A stretch of DNA of 63,618 nucleotides, filler included, from Porpidia crustulata (Eukaryota), in assembly GCA_964255105.1 (NCBI GenBank). It is 14 parts of 14 records of this genome, joined end to end, with 100 filler letters (N's around TTAATTAATTAA, not from the genome) between each part and the next. Parts side by side here need not be neighbours in the genome. Positions count along the whole stretch, not along the records: positions 36,526 to 40,975 come from CAXUWE010002078.1; positions 41,076 to 45,523 come from CAXUWE010002079.1; positions 45,624 to 50,061 come from CAXUWE010002080.1; positions 50,162 to 54,596 come from CAXUWE010002081.1; 10 more parts are not named here. One strand, 5' to 3'. How positions within the stretch are numbered: position 1 is the first letter of the stretch; each line of letters starts with the position of its first letter. This document shows, in pieces, positions 38,374 to 51,882 of this stretch. Position numbers and translations under genes: made by a program. The notes beneath the pieces were generated by a model. It searched no databases and was not told the DNA's origin. It worked only from the letters and a program-made list of their open reading frames with translations.

Positions 38374-38784
38374 TCAACCGTGAGCCTTCACCACAGTCCT
38401 TCCGCTGTTATGGTGAGTGGCCAGAACAACACCGCAGTGCCCACAGTTGTGATCCGTATCTTTGAGCGAGCGGATTATATAGGGAACGCAGCCTAGGCAG
38501 CAGCAGAGGCAAACAACCGCGGCCCAGGCACTGTTCAAAGGGTCAGTCAAAGTCCGTGCAAGCGACGACACCGTAGCGACTCACTGTGTGGTGTTTCCCG
38601 AGATGGCGTTCACCGTGGTCATGGCCCGGGTATGACAGATGGGGCAGTCGACCGGGGCGGGAACATCCTGCAGACTTGCGAGAGGGGTGGCGTTTTGGTA
38701 TGTTGACTGCGGAGCGGCGGCCTGCTGTTGTGGCTGGGTGGTCGCGTAGTATTCCTGCTTGGTGGTTTCGTTAGGGGTCGCCAT
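38374..38784 (-). CDS. LITAF-like zinc-ribbon protein; 1 intron
   Basis: PAPVDCPIC, a hydrophobic Cys-rich segment, then DTDHNCGHCG: the two-CxxC LITAF layout. Confidence 0.9.
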
Positions 38785-41075
38785 TGTTTGAGTGGGTGCG
38801 ACGGCTTGGTTATAGCTGCTACTCCGATGTCAGTTGTCGTCTATGGTGGTGACGGCGAGGAGACTTACTCGTGATGAGCGATCGGCTGTGGATGTACAGG
38901 TGCTTGACCGAATTGCTGAGCGGAGGGGTTGGCTTCGTACGCGGGTGCTGCTAATAGTGAGGTTCAATGGTTGTTCTTTTCAAACGGCTGTTATGAGACA
39001 AAGGTTACAACGTACCTCCAGATTTCTCCATTGTTGCTGATTCTAGGGATTTATGGATCAAAGAGACTGAATTGGAATCGCGGGAAGTAGTAGCTGAATA
39101 GGTGGCTTGGAGCGAAAGTGAACGGTGGTCGATGGTAACAATGAGTGATGAAGCAGTGAATTTCTCAAACACAGTGAAAGGACAGTTAGGCCATCCATCT
39201 TAAGGAGAACCTGTCCACCTCAGCCGCAGCCAGGAACCGCAGGGGCGGGCCTGCGCCATGTTTGAGGGCTGGATCGGGAACAGCAACGCACTGGGAACCA
39301 ATCAGATAACGGTGTGAGTGTTATATTTAGGCCCCCGAGGCGCCCTAAGGCATAAGAGTCCTTTTAGGGGAAGAAGTGAATGAATGGCGGGGTGCGAAAT
39401 CATTCACGGACCAGAACCTTCGAGGGACGCCTGGGGCTTGCGTTCAAAGCCTGAATGTTACGAGCCACTGGGGTGTACGCACTGGGGTATACGCAATCTT
39501 GTGCAACATATTAACGCATGATTGAGAGTCGATATATCTTGTACACATAATGTTCTACTCATCAAGAATCTGCATGCCAGGTACGATGAAACACGTGGAG
39601 TGACAAGAGAGAAATCAGTGTTGTCGGCATTGACCGCGTTCCACGGGCGCAGGCACGCTGGAGTAATCAATCTCCACACTGCTGCATCCCGCCCCGTCGC
39701 TAGTCCACTAGACTCACTGAATCTAAGCCTATCGAATTTCATTGTCCGCGTGCCGCAGTCCGCAGCATTGACCAGCATGTGATGCCATCTATATAAATTG
39801 TTTTCAAGAGCCAAGATCAATGTGGATTCTTGTTAGCAATTCGACATACGAGTTAAAACTATTCAGTGTTTCTTGTGAAGGAGGATAGAATGGCTTCGTA
39901 TTACGATTTCTCTGAGCCAAGGAAAAAAAATAAGCAGCGATAAATGTGGAGATACGAACGAGCAGAACTCGCCACTATTGACATTTCTTAGATTGCTGTG
40001 CAAGGACAGCAAGCTATCGCTACTCCAAGTGTCCTTTGAGCACGAGGGAATCGGTATATTGTTCCCAAGATTTGTACTCTAGACAAAAGAGAAGCACAAA
40101 GCTTGCAATCTTGCCCTAGCAACGCAGCAGTATCAACGTTGGCATATATATATCTACTACACTTAAACAACCCTTTAGAAGATTGCAGAGTCCACAAGGA
40201 AGGGTAAAGATAGAGGGCAAATCTATGTCGAAGAATTACAATAGCCACTGAACGGCGTTTTATGACACGGAAACCAGATCAATAGAAAGTACGAGGATGA
40301 AAGGTTCAGTGCTACCGGGCAATTTCATCCCTTACACCTAGGGTAAGAACACGGACAGACACGATCACAATTAGTAAAGATTCTACAAAAAGGAAGCGTT
40401 AAGTGAGCCAACAGAAACGACGATACCATCTGATCTCCGCAGAACGCTACCCGCGACCCGTGGACGTGACAAATCAAGTCTTCAAAAATGTTGAATAGAA
40501 GAGCTCCTGGAGGAACACAACAAACCATTGTGCAGAAGGCCTGGCTCAAGGGTGTGAGGATACCAACACACAGGCGGCCAGAATTCTAGGAGATGAATGC
40601 CCCGATGAATAAACAAAGGAACAAAGCTGACAGACTCACTCATCATGACCTACGTCAATATGGCTTTTTCAACGCAAGCCATGCTTCGTACCGATCCCCT
40701 AAACCAACCAGTCTTCTCCATCATCCTCTTCTCTCCAAATCTTTCCTGCGATTCCCTTACATAATCTACCACCTGTCCCCCAACCTCCTACATTCAAATT
40801 TTCTGCGTCATCGTAGTTTCGAAACCTTGTTGATTGTGATTTGTTCATCACAGGCTCACAAATCCAGAGTTCAAGACCATTTTCCTTCTCCTCTTCTTCC
40901 ACTCAATATAGCCTATCCTCTGCCTACCTCCCCTACACCCCTGCATCTCACCCGGCCCTTCCCAAGGACTTATCCNNNNNNNNNNNNNNNNNNNNNNNNN
41001 NNNNNNNNNNNNNNNNNNNTTAATTAATTAANNNNNNNNNNNNNNNNNNNNNNNNNNNNNNNNNNNNNNNNNNNN

Positions 41076-41244
41076 AGAGTCATTTCCTTAGATAGGAGCT
41101 TCGTGCTCAACTCATGTAATAGTCAATACAATCAGTTCTATTGTCTAAGCTATTCCCAGACCTGCAAGTCTAGTAGCTATAGGAGTTCGTTACTCATTCG
41201 CATCTCTGTCTATATCTTGTGTTGTTATTAGAACAACCGTTACA
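41076..41244 (-). mobile_element. LTR fragment (TG-start) of a retrotransposon at a contig edge
   Basis: Reverse complement begins TGTAACGGTTGTTCTAATAACAACACAAGATATA and aligns along its length with 63492-63618. Confidence 0.8.
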
Positions 41245-42395
41245 ATCGCTCATAATTCGATTATCACTGATCTGAAACAGATAGATAATCAGTTTGTCCT
41301 CTTCTCGAAAGAATGAAGCTAGTTGCATACGCAGAATGATTATAGTAACTATTAAAACTTAAAAGTCACTGCAGAGATCGCTTCCGTCAGCTGACGCATT
41401 TATCATATCATAGCATCGAAGATTTAACAACAACTTCTCTACGAAACAGCTTTATAATTAGTCTTATTTAGTCTTATTTCAAAGCTATGCATGTCAGACA
41501 CTGCATAAGTTTTCATGAGTGAGATGTGTTTGTTTTAAGTATATCGTTGTCGTTCTACTTCCTCGATGTGTTCTTTCGATGCTTCCTCCAGTCTGCTTCC
41601 GCGCTGCTTTCTCTACTGCGACATTGCTTTGGCGCGCGATCGGAAACGATAATTGTCACTTTGAAAGTTCGAAATGTGTATAAACAACATATTTATCGTG
41701 TACGTTTCGAACTTGGAATTAACGATTATCGTTTTCGTTCGGGAGAAAAAGCAGAAAAGAGCATCGAAGGAGTAGAAGCGTGAAATGGGTCTTGGTATAA
41801 CGGAATCAACACAGCGGTACCGCAATAAGCGGACGAACATCCATTATCTGAAATTCAAACATACTGTTGAACAGGCAGGGTGACTGTCGTAGTATTGCTA
41901 CTGAATTACGTACAGAACTAGAAGGTTGAGTGGCCAGGTGGTCACATAAGACAGGGGTAGGGCAAAGCCCTATCACTAGATCCAATCCATCCATTCACAC
42001 CGACTAGATAATGAGGAGGTTAGGCCTTCGTCCTACCGCACTTTCCAACACATACTATACATATATTATACACATCCCGAACTTGAAATTTTCGATTTCG
42101 GTATTGGATTGAGAAAGAGATAACAGACCGTTTTTCAAACAAGAATCGAAAGGAGCAAGAGAAAACATTTTGTAACAACGCACAGCCGTAGCGTGTAGAA
42201 GTTTACAATGAGCATTTTCCATCCGACTAGAATTGCTCATCTCTTCTGTCTGTTAGTGTCTGAGTGGGTTTTACTTTGTGCAGAAATTCGATCTAGATGT
42301 TGCTGCGACAAGCCATAAACTTGAGCCGTGAGGGTACAGATCTGGGGTCCAGAGGTCATTATAGAGAAGAACCAATGAGTTGAAGAGAAGGTCAC

Positions 42396-45004
42396 CTATC
42401 GTCCAGGCTGCGATTTCTCCCAATCAAGGAAATTTCGGCTGAAATGTTGGAGTTTCCTTTTGGTTTCCATCTTTCTAATTTCCTCCGGAGATAAAGAACT
42501 TATCTCCTCTGGAGTCACCCAAGTACGGGGAGTTGGCTCACCTGTCTCCTCGTCGGGCATGTGGATCGGTTGTCTTGGAAGTGCTTCACCATATGCGCTC
42601 TTGATGACTCTACCAAGTAGATGCAATGTGTTGGAAAGCCACTCTCGAACGTCACGCTTCTCTCGTAGGAGGGAACGCGCTTTTTGAGACTGCAGATACG
42701 GCTTTGAGTGTACTCCATGTCTTCGTATATAGCTCTCTTCGAATACCTCTCTTCTCTTAAGTCTTTCCTGTTCCTTGGTAGCAATTCTTTTGCGTTGCAT
42801 CAATTTATAGACCATTGGAGCCAGGCAAGGGAAACAAAAAAGAAACCCGAGGCAGCCAAGGATTCGACGTTTCCCTTTTTTTGGCTCGCTCATTGAAGAC
42901 CTTTCTTCAATAGCGGAAAATGCACTTGTATCGTCTTTGGTATGCAATCTTCTACGCCACCTGTCCGTGAGACGTAGAGAATTGACGGGGAAACATAAAA
43001 CTTTTCCGAAACCGATCAACAATGATCTCAAGAAGCTCCAAAACCGTCCAGACCGATTAACATACCGAGAACCTTCCAAGTTGTCCGAAACAGACGAGGA
43101 ATACCGGCTAGAATAGTCGGATTCATCAACTTCTGTACTGAGTCTTCGCACGACAAAATCTATTTGATCCAGATCGCCTAGACTGAGTCGTCGCAGTGCA
43201 GTGCCTGAGTATTCATTGTACAACCTGCATGGATATTTCTCTACAGCAATGCTGGTACCATGTCCTACAGAATAGTTGTAATGAAATACACGACTTTCTG
43301 AATAGCCATATAAACTTTTGCTATCATCCGACAGCCGCGCTTCGAGATCCTTGTTTGCGAGCTCGTCGGAGAATACACTTCTCCACGGCAGTAGATCATC
43401 ATAAAAGTTTTGGTCGGAAAGGCTCCATCGCCTCTTACGATCGTATGCTGGGAAATTCTGCCACAAGCCATTCCTCAATTGATAGCGCCACTCTCCCATA
43501 TCTTTGTAGACGACGTGCCGATCCAGGAATTTTTGCAGCTGTTCTGGACGTTTCAGCGTCCTTTCGAGTAGGGACATAGAAGACAAAGTGTGTGGATCAG
43601 GAACAACAGGCATAAGATGATCATTGCGTCTCGATGGAGTAATTCGTTTGCAATTTCGTGAAAGCTGTATGTCGGTCTGGTTGACATCCAAGCTCCATCT
43701 GCGTTCGATCTGGCGTGAAGCATCGAATTGAGCAATGGAACCGTCGCGGAGCTGATATTTCCAGAGCGCTGAGCCTGCTTTGGTGCTAATTTCTTTTCCG
43801 TTTTGCGATTGTGCTCTCTATAAGGAATCAGAGATCAGCAACTCACACAATCACCAAAAAAGCTGGCGTCGGGCCAGCAAGCCATTCGAACATAGCAGCG
43901 GCTCTCTAGCGTCAACAGCTGCATGTGAAAGACTTACAGATTCTAGTCGAGTCATGATCGCAAGGTGTGTGACGCGTACAAACCCTAGCAGGCCAATTAT
44001 GAAAGGAATGAGCTGCCCTGTTGAGCTTATGATATAAACGCTATTGATAGAGTTCCAATACAGCGTGAGCTCGACGGCCAAAACGAACCAGCACATAGCA
44101 ACTACACCGAAGGTTGCCGCATACCAATTCCATATTCGAAATAGCAATCGACCATGGGAGAACCTGTGGACCCAAAAGATGTCGTTTCTAAGATTGGCCC
44201 TTTGTTGCGTCAGAGATAACTACCATCTTTTGACCAGGTGAAGATCACGTACTGATGGTTCTGAATTCTTTCTATTTCCACCAATGTACGGGAGCGACCT
44301 CCCTGACCCTGCCTATAGTAAAGTTCCAGCGCTAACGTAATAAGTGATTGGCCGCAAATCCTCTTCATACGCTGGGCTTTCGTCTTCGACCAAGTTTTCA
44401 TCTTTGGACCTAAATCAAGAACCAAGGCAAGTGTCTCTCTTAGATAGTGAAGCGCTCGACGAAACATGTATATCACCGCAAGTATACGATAAAATTGCTG
44501 GCTGACAGGCCTTGGCGAGGCTTTCGCTAACAGAAATATATGCGATTGACACAACTGTGGCGGCGTGAATGTAAACCAAAACCATACATTATAGCAAGCT
44601 ATGGTTGTCGCCAGAGCGGTACGCCACGATCTACCGATCCCCGATGAAGTGAGATGCCTTATAAGAACTTCTTCGTCTCTCTTCTTTAAAATAGTCACAA
44701 AGCTCAATAGACGCCATGTGCTTTGCGAGTCCTTGTAATCCACGGCTATCAGAAAGGCAAACATCAATTGTAGCATCACAAAAATTTCCACATATTGGAC
44801 CGACTGATTTATAGTGGCGCTGGCGACAGCGGCAAAGACTGCTAAAAGGAAGATACTGTTTGTATCCCACACGGTAACTACCTCCTCCGGCAGCAGTCGG
44901 CTGCTGATGAATGTTGCGACCAATTGAAAGTAAATCCCGAGTCTGATGCCTAAACCATACAAATCCGGGTTTCCTTGGATACTGCACAGATACAAGCCTG
45001 CCAT
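42396..45004 (-). CDS. Second member of the GNPDxYGxGIR membrane family, probably with a long C-terminal extension
   Basis: GNPDLYGLGIRLGIYFQ and VELTLYWNSI...GQLIPFIIG motifs. Intron 44200-44252 joins two ORFs in frame. A predicted intron at 43818-43937 (GTAAGT..TAG) joins the 431-aa ORF in frame. Confidence 0.7.
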
Positions 45005-45623
45005 GATTCGGATGGCAGCGAAGTCCGAGAAAAAGGGTCGTAATGCCCGTTCATAGAACGATCTACGAGATTGTTTTTCAGCCTCTCGGCAGGTGGCTTG
45101 ATAGTAGAAAATTGAAGTTTACTACGTAGGCAGCAGGCTCGCGTATCATTACCTTATCTACTCTATGCAAATAGCCAAAAACACTACGTTTGATACCGCA
45201 GCCACCATCTTCTTGTTCAATTAGCTGTAATACGCTCAATGTGTTACCTCGAAGCTAGATTCATAAATTACTCTCAAATTCAACATCTCACTTCGCTACC
45301 TCTCTGCCCTTCCTCATCGAATTTTCTTTCCTCAGCAAATCTTCATTCAAGCCTGCTACCAAGCTCTCCGTCAAGGTTCTCATCAAGTTCCTCATCGAGT
45401 CTGTCATTAAGCTTGATAGAAAACTTGACAGCAGGCCTAATTAAAGGCTTGATGAAGGTAATGATACCAGGCTTGGTTGATGAGGCAGGAAAATTCGATG
45501 GGAAAAGGGCATTGGATGGGGGANNNNNNNNNNNNNNNNNNNNNNNNNNNNNNNNNNNNNNNNNNNNTTAATTAATTAANNNNNNNNNNNNNNNNNNNNN
45601 NNNNNNNNNNNNNNNNNNNNNNN

Positions 45624-47070
45624 CCCATCTCCCTTCTCATCATCCGTCCCTTCGGTGAGCAGATCACCCACCCACCTCTCGCCTTCAATCTCCACCTCCA
45701 CGCCCTGCACCATCCTTGCCTCCACCCATTCGCGACTGTTCAGGTCCAGTACCCACTTCTTATCGTCCCACTCCCAGCCTTGTGGCGCTGCGACATCCTC
45801 GAAAAAGGGCGAACCCTTCGGTCTGTCGCCGGAGATACGGTGCGGAGACAGCGGATCGTAGGGTGAAGGACAGAAGAGCCAGGGCTCCCACTCGCCGTAT
45901 CTTCCTCCCTTTCGTCGCTGCAGCTCGAAAATCTCAACTTCCCGCTTCTCCGGCGGTGCATCCAAGATGATGTCCTGCGCAATCCAGCTATCGAGCCAGC
46001 TCTGCGCCGTGCGTTCGTGAGGCTTAACGTGCTCCTCATGACTGATGATGACGAGCTGTTGCACTCTCGGATGGCCGATGGCGATACCAATCCAGCAGGT
46101 AAAGAGAGATAGCAAGCGCCATGGGAGGAGGTGCGAGGCTATGAATAGACCGCAAGAAACGACAAAGAGGAAGAGAAATAGCGTTGACGAGAGAGATTCA
46201 TTAGAGAAATTTGTCAGCGGAGTGACGATCTTGAGGACCGAATCGTGCACCGTGCTGAAGTCATCCATGCTGTTTTGCAAGTCCCGCATGTTGCGGAAGA
46301 AGTCTTTGGACATTTCGGCGGCCGGTTTCACGATGCGGGGAGGCGCGAGTGGGGGCCCGCTCATGGAGTAGTTTGAGGTTTGGGAAATGACCGGAGGTGG
46401 TGGAGGATGGCGAACGAGGAATGCGGGGACTATAACAAAGAGGAGGAGAAGGGCCACAGGGATGACTGCTAAAAGGTAGGGATTAAGGCAGACGAAGGTG
46501 CAAACGGCCAGGAGGGAAAGGGTGTGGGATGGGATTTTCCAGGAGACGAGACGTATAAGACGGGTTTGCGCCACGAAAAGGATTCCACATCTGTTTTGCA
46601 GTCAGCTTTGAAACAGTGCTGGTACTGCATCGGGCCTACCTGGCATTGAAGCGACGGAAGTTGTTGGTCATTAGAGGAAGGCTGAACCCTGGCCGATCGA
46701 TGTACTTTGAAGACCGTTTATCTTGAATGACTTCCCCATGATCATCAACATCTTCCATCGGGATGACTTGTTGAAGCAACCTACGGCGTCGACGTTTAGC
46801 ACGCCAGTTCTTGAATGTAGCTTTCATGATCTTCATGGCTCACTTCGTGAACAGGCGGTCCTGTATCGAGTGCCCGGCTTCAGCTTTGCCAGCACTAACA
46901 TCTTGAAGTTTGTCTTTGATTTTGGAACCTCCAAGAGAATTTATCAACTTGTCGCGCTTTCGCTCAGCGTCAGGTGTTCCATCGTTCACTGCTGCCTCGT
47001 TACTCGTGACAGCGATGACTGGGATAGGCTCCTCTCGATTGGCAAACACGTTCGCTGCGCTTTCTTCCAT
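45624..47070 (-). CDS. Pex24p-domain peroxisomal/ER membrane peroxin (Pex28/29-like); introns, 3' truncated
   Basis: SIQDRLF, FSLPLMTNNFRRFNAR, DFFRNMRDLQNSMDDF and EVEIFELQR motifs, with a Trp-rich dysferlin-like C-terminal region. Confidence 0.88.
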
Positions 47071-47369
47071 GGTAGAGCACCGCCAAATACATAGCCTGAC
47101 CTCTTAAGAAGCGACTACCAGGAATGGGAGATAGTTGTGATCATCTGTCAATGCATTTTCACATGCTGAAGATTACAAAATGAGGCACGCACAGAGTTGC
47201 CGACTTCACCGAGCACTAAGATCACGTGACCGATGAGCCGCAACTTATTTTTGTCCCGTCAAAAAGGCACCACAGCCCCCCAAGTTGATCTTCAAACCTG
47301 ATTGGCAGATAGGGTAGACTCAATTGGAGGTCTGCGAATATATAGTTCGTATTGGTATCAGCGATCTAG

Positions 47370-49369
47370 CATGGAGACTCTACCATTCTTCTCGAGAAAT
47401 GCACGTGCTTCTCCGATGCAAATCTCGTCTGCTTTCTTGTCTTGCTGTAAGAAGGGGGCTTCGCCATTTCATCTTCCAGATTTGTGTTTCTTCTTTACGA
47501 GTACAGATAACCAAAAGAAACTATGGTCAGGTAGCGCTGCAAGGAGACCAAGATCGACGACAGCTGGTTGAGTACTTTCAACCCCCCGAGCATCCTTGGG
47601 AGTATTATAGGTACAATGCATTGCCGCAGAAATCATCGATGATTCGACTAGTGGAGCTATTGCCGGGAGGAACGCTTGATACAGTTCGCTGTCATGTTCG
47701 CGAAGTGGATCTTGACGATTTACCCAGATCCCAATCTAGTCCTCCCCAAAGTATTGCATATGAGGCACTCTCGTATACCTGGGATAGCCAGATCTTCTAT
47801 CAGTTCGTCTGGTGTGATGGTAAAGTCTTGCCGATCACCCAAAACCTCCATGATGCTCTTAAAAGAATACGTCAGCCTGGCTCAAGTATCTGGCTCTGGG
47901 TTGATGCAATATGCATAAACCAGTCAGATACCGCTGAGCGAAACTGTCAAATAGGTCTTATGAGGCAGATATTCAATCGAGCGAACCAAGTAATTGCTTG
48001 GCTCGGTGAAGAAGATGCTGACACGAAGAGTGCATTTGATCTCGTTGAAAAGATCAGTGCCGTTACAACCAGTGTGACCCCGGAGGCCGTCCGCGATAAC
48101 TTCTGGACTCCTCAACTCATGGAAGACATGGGTTTACCTCGAATGCCCGATGCACAGTGGTTTACCCTATCCAAGCTTTTTGGGCGACCCTATTTCAAAA
48201 GAATATGGGTCGTTCAGGAACTCGTGGTGTCGAGAAACGCAGTGGCTAGATATGGTAGCCTTACAATTCGTTGGGAGCACATCGATCATGTTGGCCGACT
48301 ACTCCTGGCTACCGGATGGAGAAAGGCTTTCAACATTCGGTCAAGGACTTCCCCAAGAGCTCCGGTCTTCCAAAAGACGATCAGCAACATCAAACGGAGC
48401 TTCTCGGAGTTTCAAGGAAGGCGTGGCATGACACTTGGCCTACTTTTGTGTGTGACCCGGCGGTTTCTCTCCACAGACCCAAGGGATAAGGTTGTAGCAC
48501 TAATTGGACTGGCAAACAATGTGAACGCGCGTAATGCACAGCCGATATTGCCCAACTATTCAAAATCTACAGCAGATGTGTATAGAGATGTCACTGGGTT
48601 TTCGATTGTACAAGAGCGTTCCTTAACTCTCTTGTCCGTTGTTGAAGATATATCCGATAGGCAAATCTCTCATCTCCCTTCTTGGGTACCTGATTATAGC
48701 GTTTGGCAAAGTGAGGTGATATTTGGATATCCCATCAGCCGCATACAATATCGAGCAGCCGGAGCAAGCGAAGTTTCCGTAAGATGGTCTGCAGGCTCGT
48801 CTGTCTTAGCCGTTGATGGTATTCAGTATGACGAAGTCGAGAACGTGTCTTCTAACATCTTCGACGATACCCAAAAGCACAAAGAGATCATACTGGAATG
48901 GCTACAGATGGCCGAGCCACTGATGCGTAACGGGACTATCGGAATCGATGCATTCTGGAGGACTTTACTCGGCGATTGCGATCGAGACATATGTCCGGCG
49001 CCCGAGGAGTGGGCGAATTACTTCGCAAGTTACCTCTCCCTCGTACAAAAGCAAGAAGTTTCCACTTCCCGGGCGACCACCTGGGCGGAGGATACCGAAC
49101 CGGGTAACGCGTCAGTCTTCCAAGCATCGCTGGAATATGTGGCATGGCGCCGAAGATTCTTCACCACCCGCAAGGGCCTTATTGGGCTCGGGCGACCTTC
49201 GATGAAGCCCGGTGATAGCGTTTGCATTCTCAGCGGAGGCCATGTCCCTTTCTTACTCCGGAAAGACGGGACCCATCATCGTTTCGTTGGCGAGTCTTAC
49301 GTACATGGTTTGATGAAAGGGGAAGCGATGCAAGAGGGCATCTGCATGGAAGAATTCCGGATCCGTTGA
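47370..49369 (+). CDS. HET-6-like heterokaryon incompatibility protein (start codon uncertain)
   Basis: IRLVELLPG, YEALSYTW, LWVDAICINQ, YFKRIWVVQE, TDPRDKV, LPSWVPD and FVGESYVHGLMKGEA motifs. Confidence 0.93.
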
Positions 49370-50309
49370 AGCCATTCTGTTGGTATGAGCAGTGAATATC
49401 CAGAATGATCACGAATTCATTGTGATATTTCAGACGCTCAAAAACTATGTTCCAAATATTCTGTCCTCAACACAACCACATTCAACATTTCTCATTAATC
49501 TGAGACAAGATACCTTGCAGACGTCAACGATTCCTACTACGCCTAGGAAATTTTCACCCATGGTCTGAAGAACCTAAAAGAGACCGCCAGTGCCACAGAA
49601 GAGAAACCTGTGTACATGGCCTGAAGTCACAAATGCAAATCATATTGGAAACCGGAATCTCCGTCTTTGAAATAGAAATACGTGGCTAAGAATCACGAGC
49701 CTTGCGAGTTGAATGTCCGTTAGACGCGGCCATGGCGGAAAGGTGACGGGGCAAACTAGGTCCAGCACCAGATGGAAAGAGGTTGAATGGAGAAGAAAAG
49801 GTGGGAAGCTCTTGTGTTGTAGGAGGGTATAAATTTGAGGTTGCGAGAGTAAAGAGAGTTTTGTACATAGGATACCTGATAGAGAAAAGGTAACGAGGAT
49901 TGTTCGCACCTTGACGAGATAGGCGTAGTTGGGGTATCAGGGATATTGCCATCAAGCCCAATGACATCCAGTCACTGATATAACGTCGGCCGACGGTTCT
50001 CAGAAGTAGGCAAGGGCTCCGCGCAGCGTACCTACATAGCCAGAAACCCCTGCATCTCAACNNNNNNNNNNNNNNNNNNNNNNNNNNNNNNNNNNNNNNN
50101 NNNNNTTAATTAATTAANNNNNNNNNNNNNNNNNNNNNNNNNNNNNNNNNNNNNNNNNNNNAATTATGGTTTGGTTTTTTCATGAGATATAACTTACGAT
50201 CATCTAGACTACATATACACATCCCTCCCTTTACCATGTTCCTGCGATCATCCACACCAACCATCTACTTTAACCGTGACACACGGCCCCCCGCCCCCTG
50301 CGACGCGAT

Positions 50310-51238
50310 CTATTCGTCGACGTCGGTGCTTTTCGAGACTTTTTCGTATTTGGTGTAGTTCTTCCGGTACGTGTCTAGTTTGGTCATTACGCCCTGTTGG
50401 GATGTTAGATGGGTGTTGTTTGATGGGTTTGATGTACAAGGGGGAACTGAGGGGGGGCGGAGGGAGAAAGTGGAAAGGAATAATCCACCTGATAAGCATC
50501 ACTCCCAATCACCACCCTCAACGGCGGCTCCTCCATCACCGCCAACTCATACATCGCCCTCGCCCCCTTCTCCGGATCCCCTCCCTGCTTCCCATGCCTC
50601 TTCCCCATCGCCTCCCTCGCATCAATATGATCATACGCCTCCATCCGCTCCGCCGGAAACTCCATACTACGACCCGCCCAGTCCGTCCGGAACCCGCCCG
50701 GCTCCACGCACGTGAACCGGATCCCCCACTCGGGCTTGACCTCCTGGGCCACGGCCTCGGTAAAGCCCTCAACCGCCCACTTCGAGGCGCAGTAGACGCT
50801 GAACATGGGCACACCGCGCTGGCCGCCGATGCTCGTGACCTGCTGGATCACGCCGCCGGGCGGGGACTGGGCGCGCATGGCGGCCATGGCGCGGCGGGTG
50901 ACGGCGAGCAGGCCGAAGAAGTTGACGTCCATTTGTTTCTTCACCTGGGCGTCGTCGAGTTCTTCAAAGGGGCCGCTGAGGCCGTAGCCGGCGTTGTTGA
51001 TTACGACGTCGACGCGGCCGAACTTTTTGACGGTGGTGTCGAAGGCGGTGGCGATGGTGGAGGGGTCGGTGACGTCAAGCTTGAGGGCGAGGTAGTTTTT
51101 GTCCGAGGTGTTCTTGAAGGACAAGGAAGATGGGTTGCGGGCGGTAGCGATGGCGATGTCGCCGGAATTGAGGACGTGCTGGACGAGATAATAGCCGAAG
51201 CCGGTCGAGGTGCCGGTTATTAGGAAGATGCGAGGCAT
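50310..51238 (-). CDS. Short-chain dehydrogenase/reductase; 1 intron
   Basis: LITGTSTGFG, NNAGYG, YCASK and EPGGFRT motifs. The last exon ends KSTDVDE*. Confidence 0.95.
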
Positions 51239-51882
51239 CGTAAGTGCAATTGGAGTTTCGATTGGGTAGCTGGAGGGCTGAAGACGGATGATAATATATA
51301 CATAAGCGACAAGAGACAAGAGGAGAGTAAACGTAGAGAAATTGGAGACAAGGAAGACAAGGAAATTTGCGACTTTTGAAGCCTCGAGACACATTATAAT
51401 GGCATGACGTCAAAATGCACGGAACGTACGGCTAACACGGGACGTCAACCTTATCTTAGCCGCCAGGCTAAGACTAGAGAAGTCTAGAGAGATGCAGATT
51501 AGCGTTCGCTATAACCCTAATCTCGACACCCTCATACAGACCATCGGTGTGATAGAGACGCAAATGATGGAGACGCCGGAAAAATGTGGTTATGCCGAGC
51601 GCGTGGAATTTCCTCAATGTTCGGTCGAGAAGCATTGAAACATCATATAATCGTGTCCCAATCAGGTTTGTACGGAGTCGCCACCAGCCGAGATAGGAGG
51701 CGAAAAAATAGCTTCCAGAGTATGAAATAATATGCATACCTCTACCGTGACCGCCAGAAAATTGAACAGAAATAAGACGTATTAATCAATGAGAAGTGCA
51801 AAGGAAAAGAATGCGGCTGATAGCGTGAGTATAGATAGACCATATAAGATTACCGACTGAGCTTGCAAGGTTACTGTTCAAC

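Noticed and set aside
41957..41980. Hairpin TAGGGCAAAGCCCTA followed by CTAG, like a Helitron 3' end
   Set aside because: The hairpin is too close to CTAG, the next base is A rather than T, and no 5' end or second copy is visible.
1792..49369. HeLo/G-alpha plus two HET genes as an immunity cluster
   Set aside because: They lie on different, unlinked contigs, so adjacency is artificial.
50276..51223. 315-aa plus-strand ORF
   Set aside because: Antisense shadow of the GC-rich SDR gene; such shadows are common for SDRs.
24911..51238. P450, FAD oxidoreductase and SDR as a secondary-metabolite cluster
   Set aside because: Different contigs, and no PKS, NRPS or terpene synthase gene is present.
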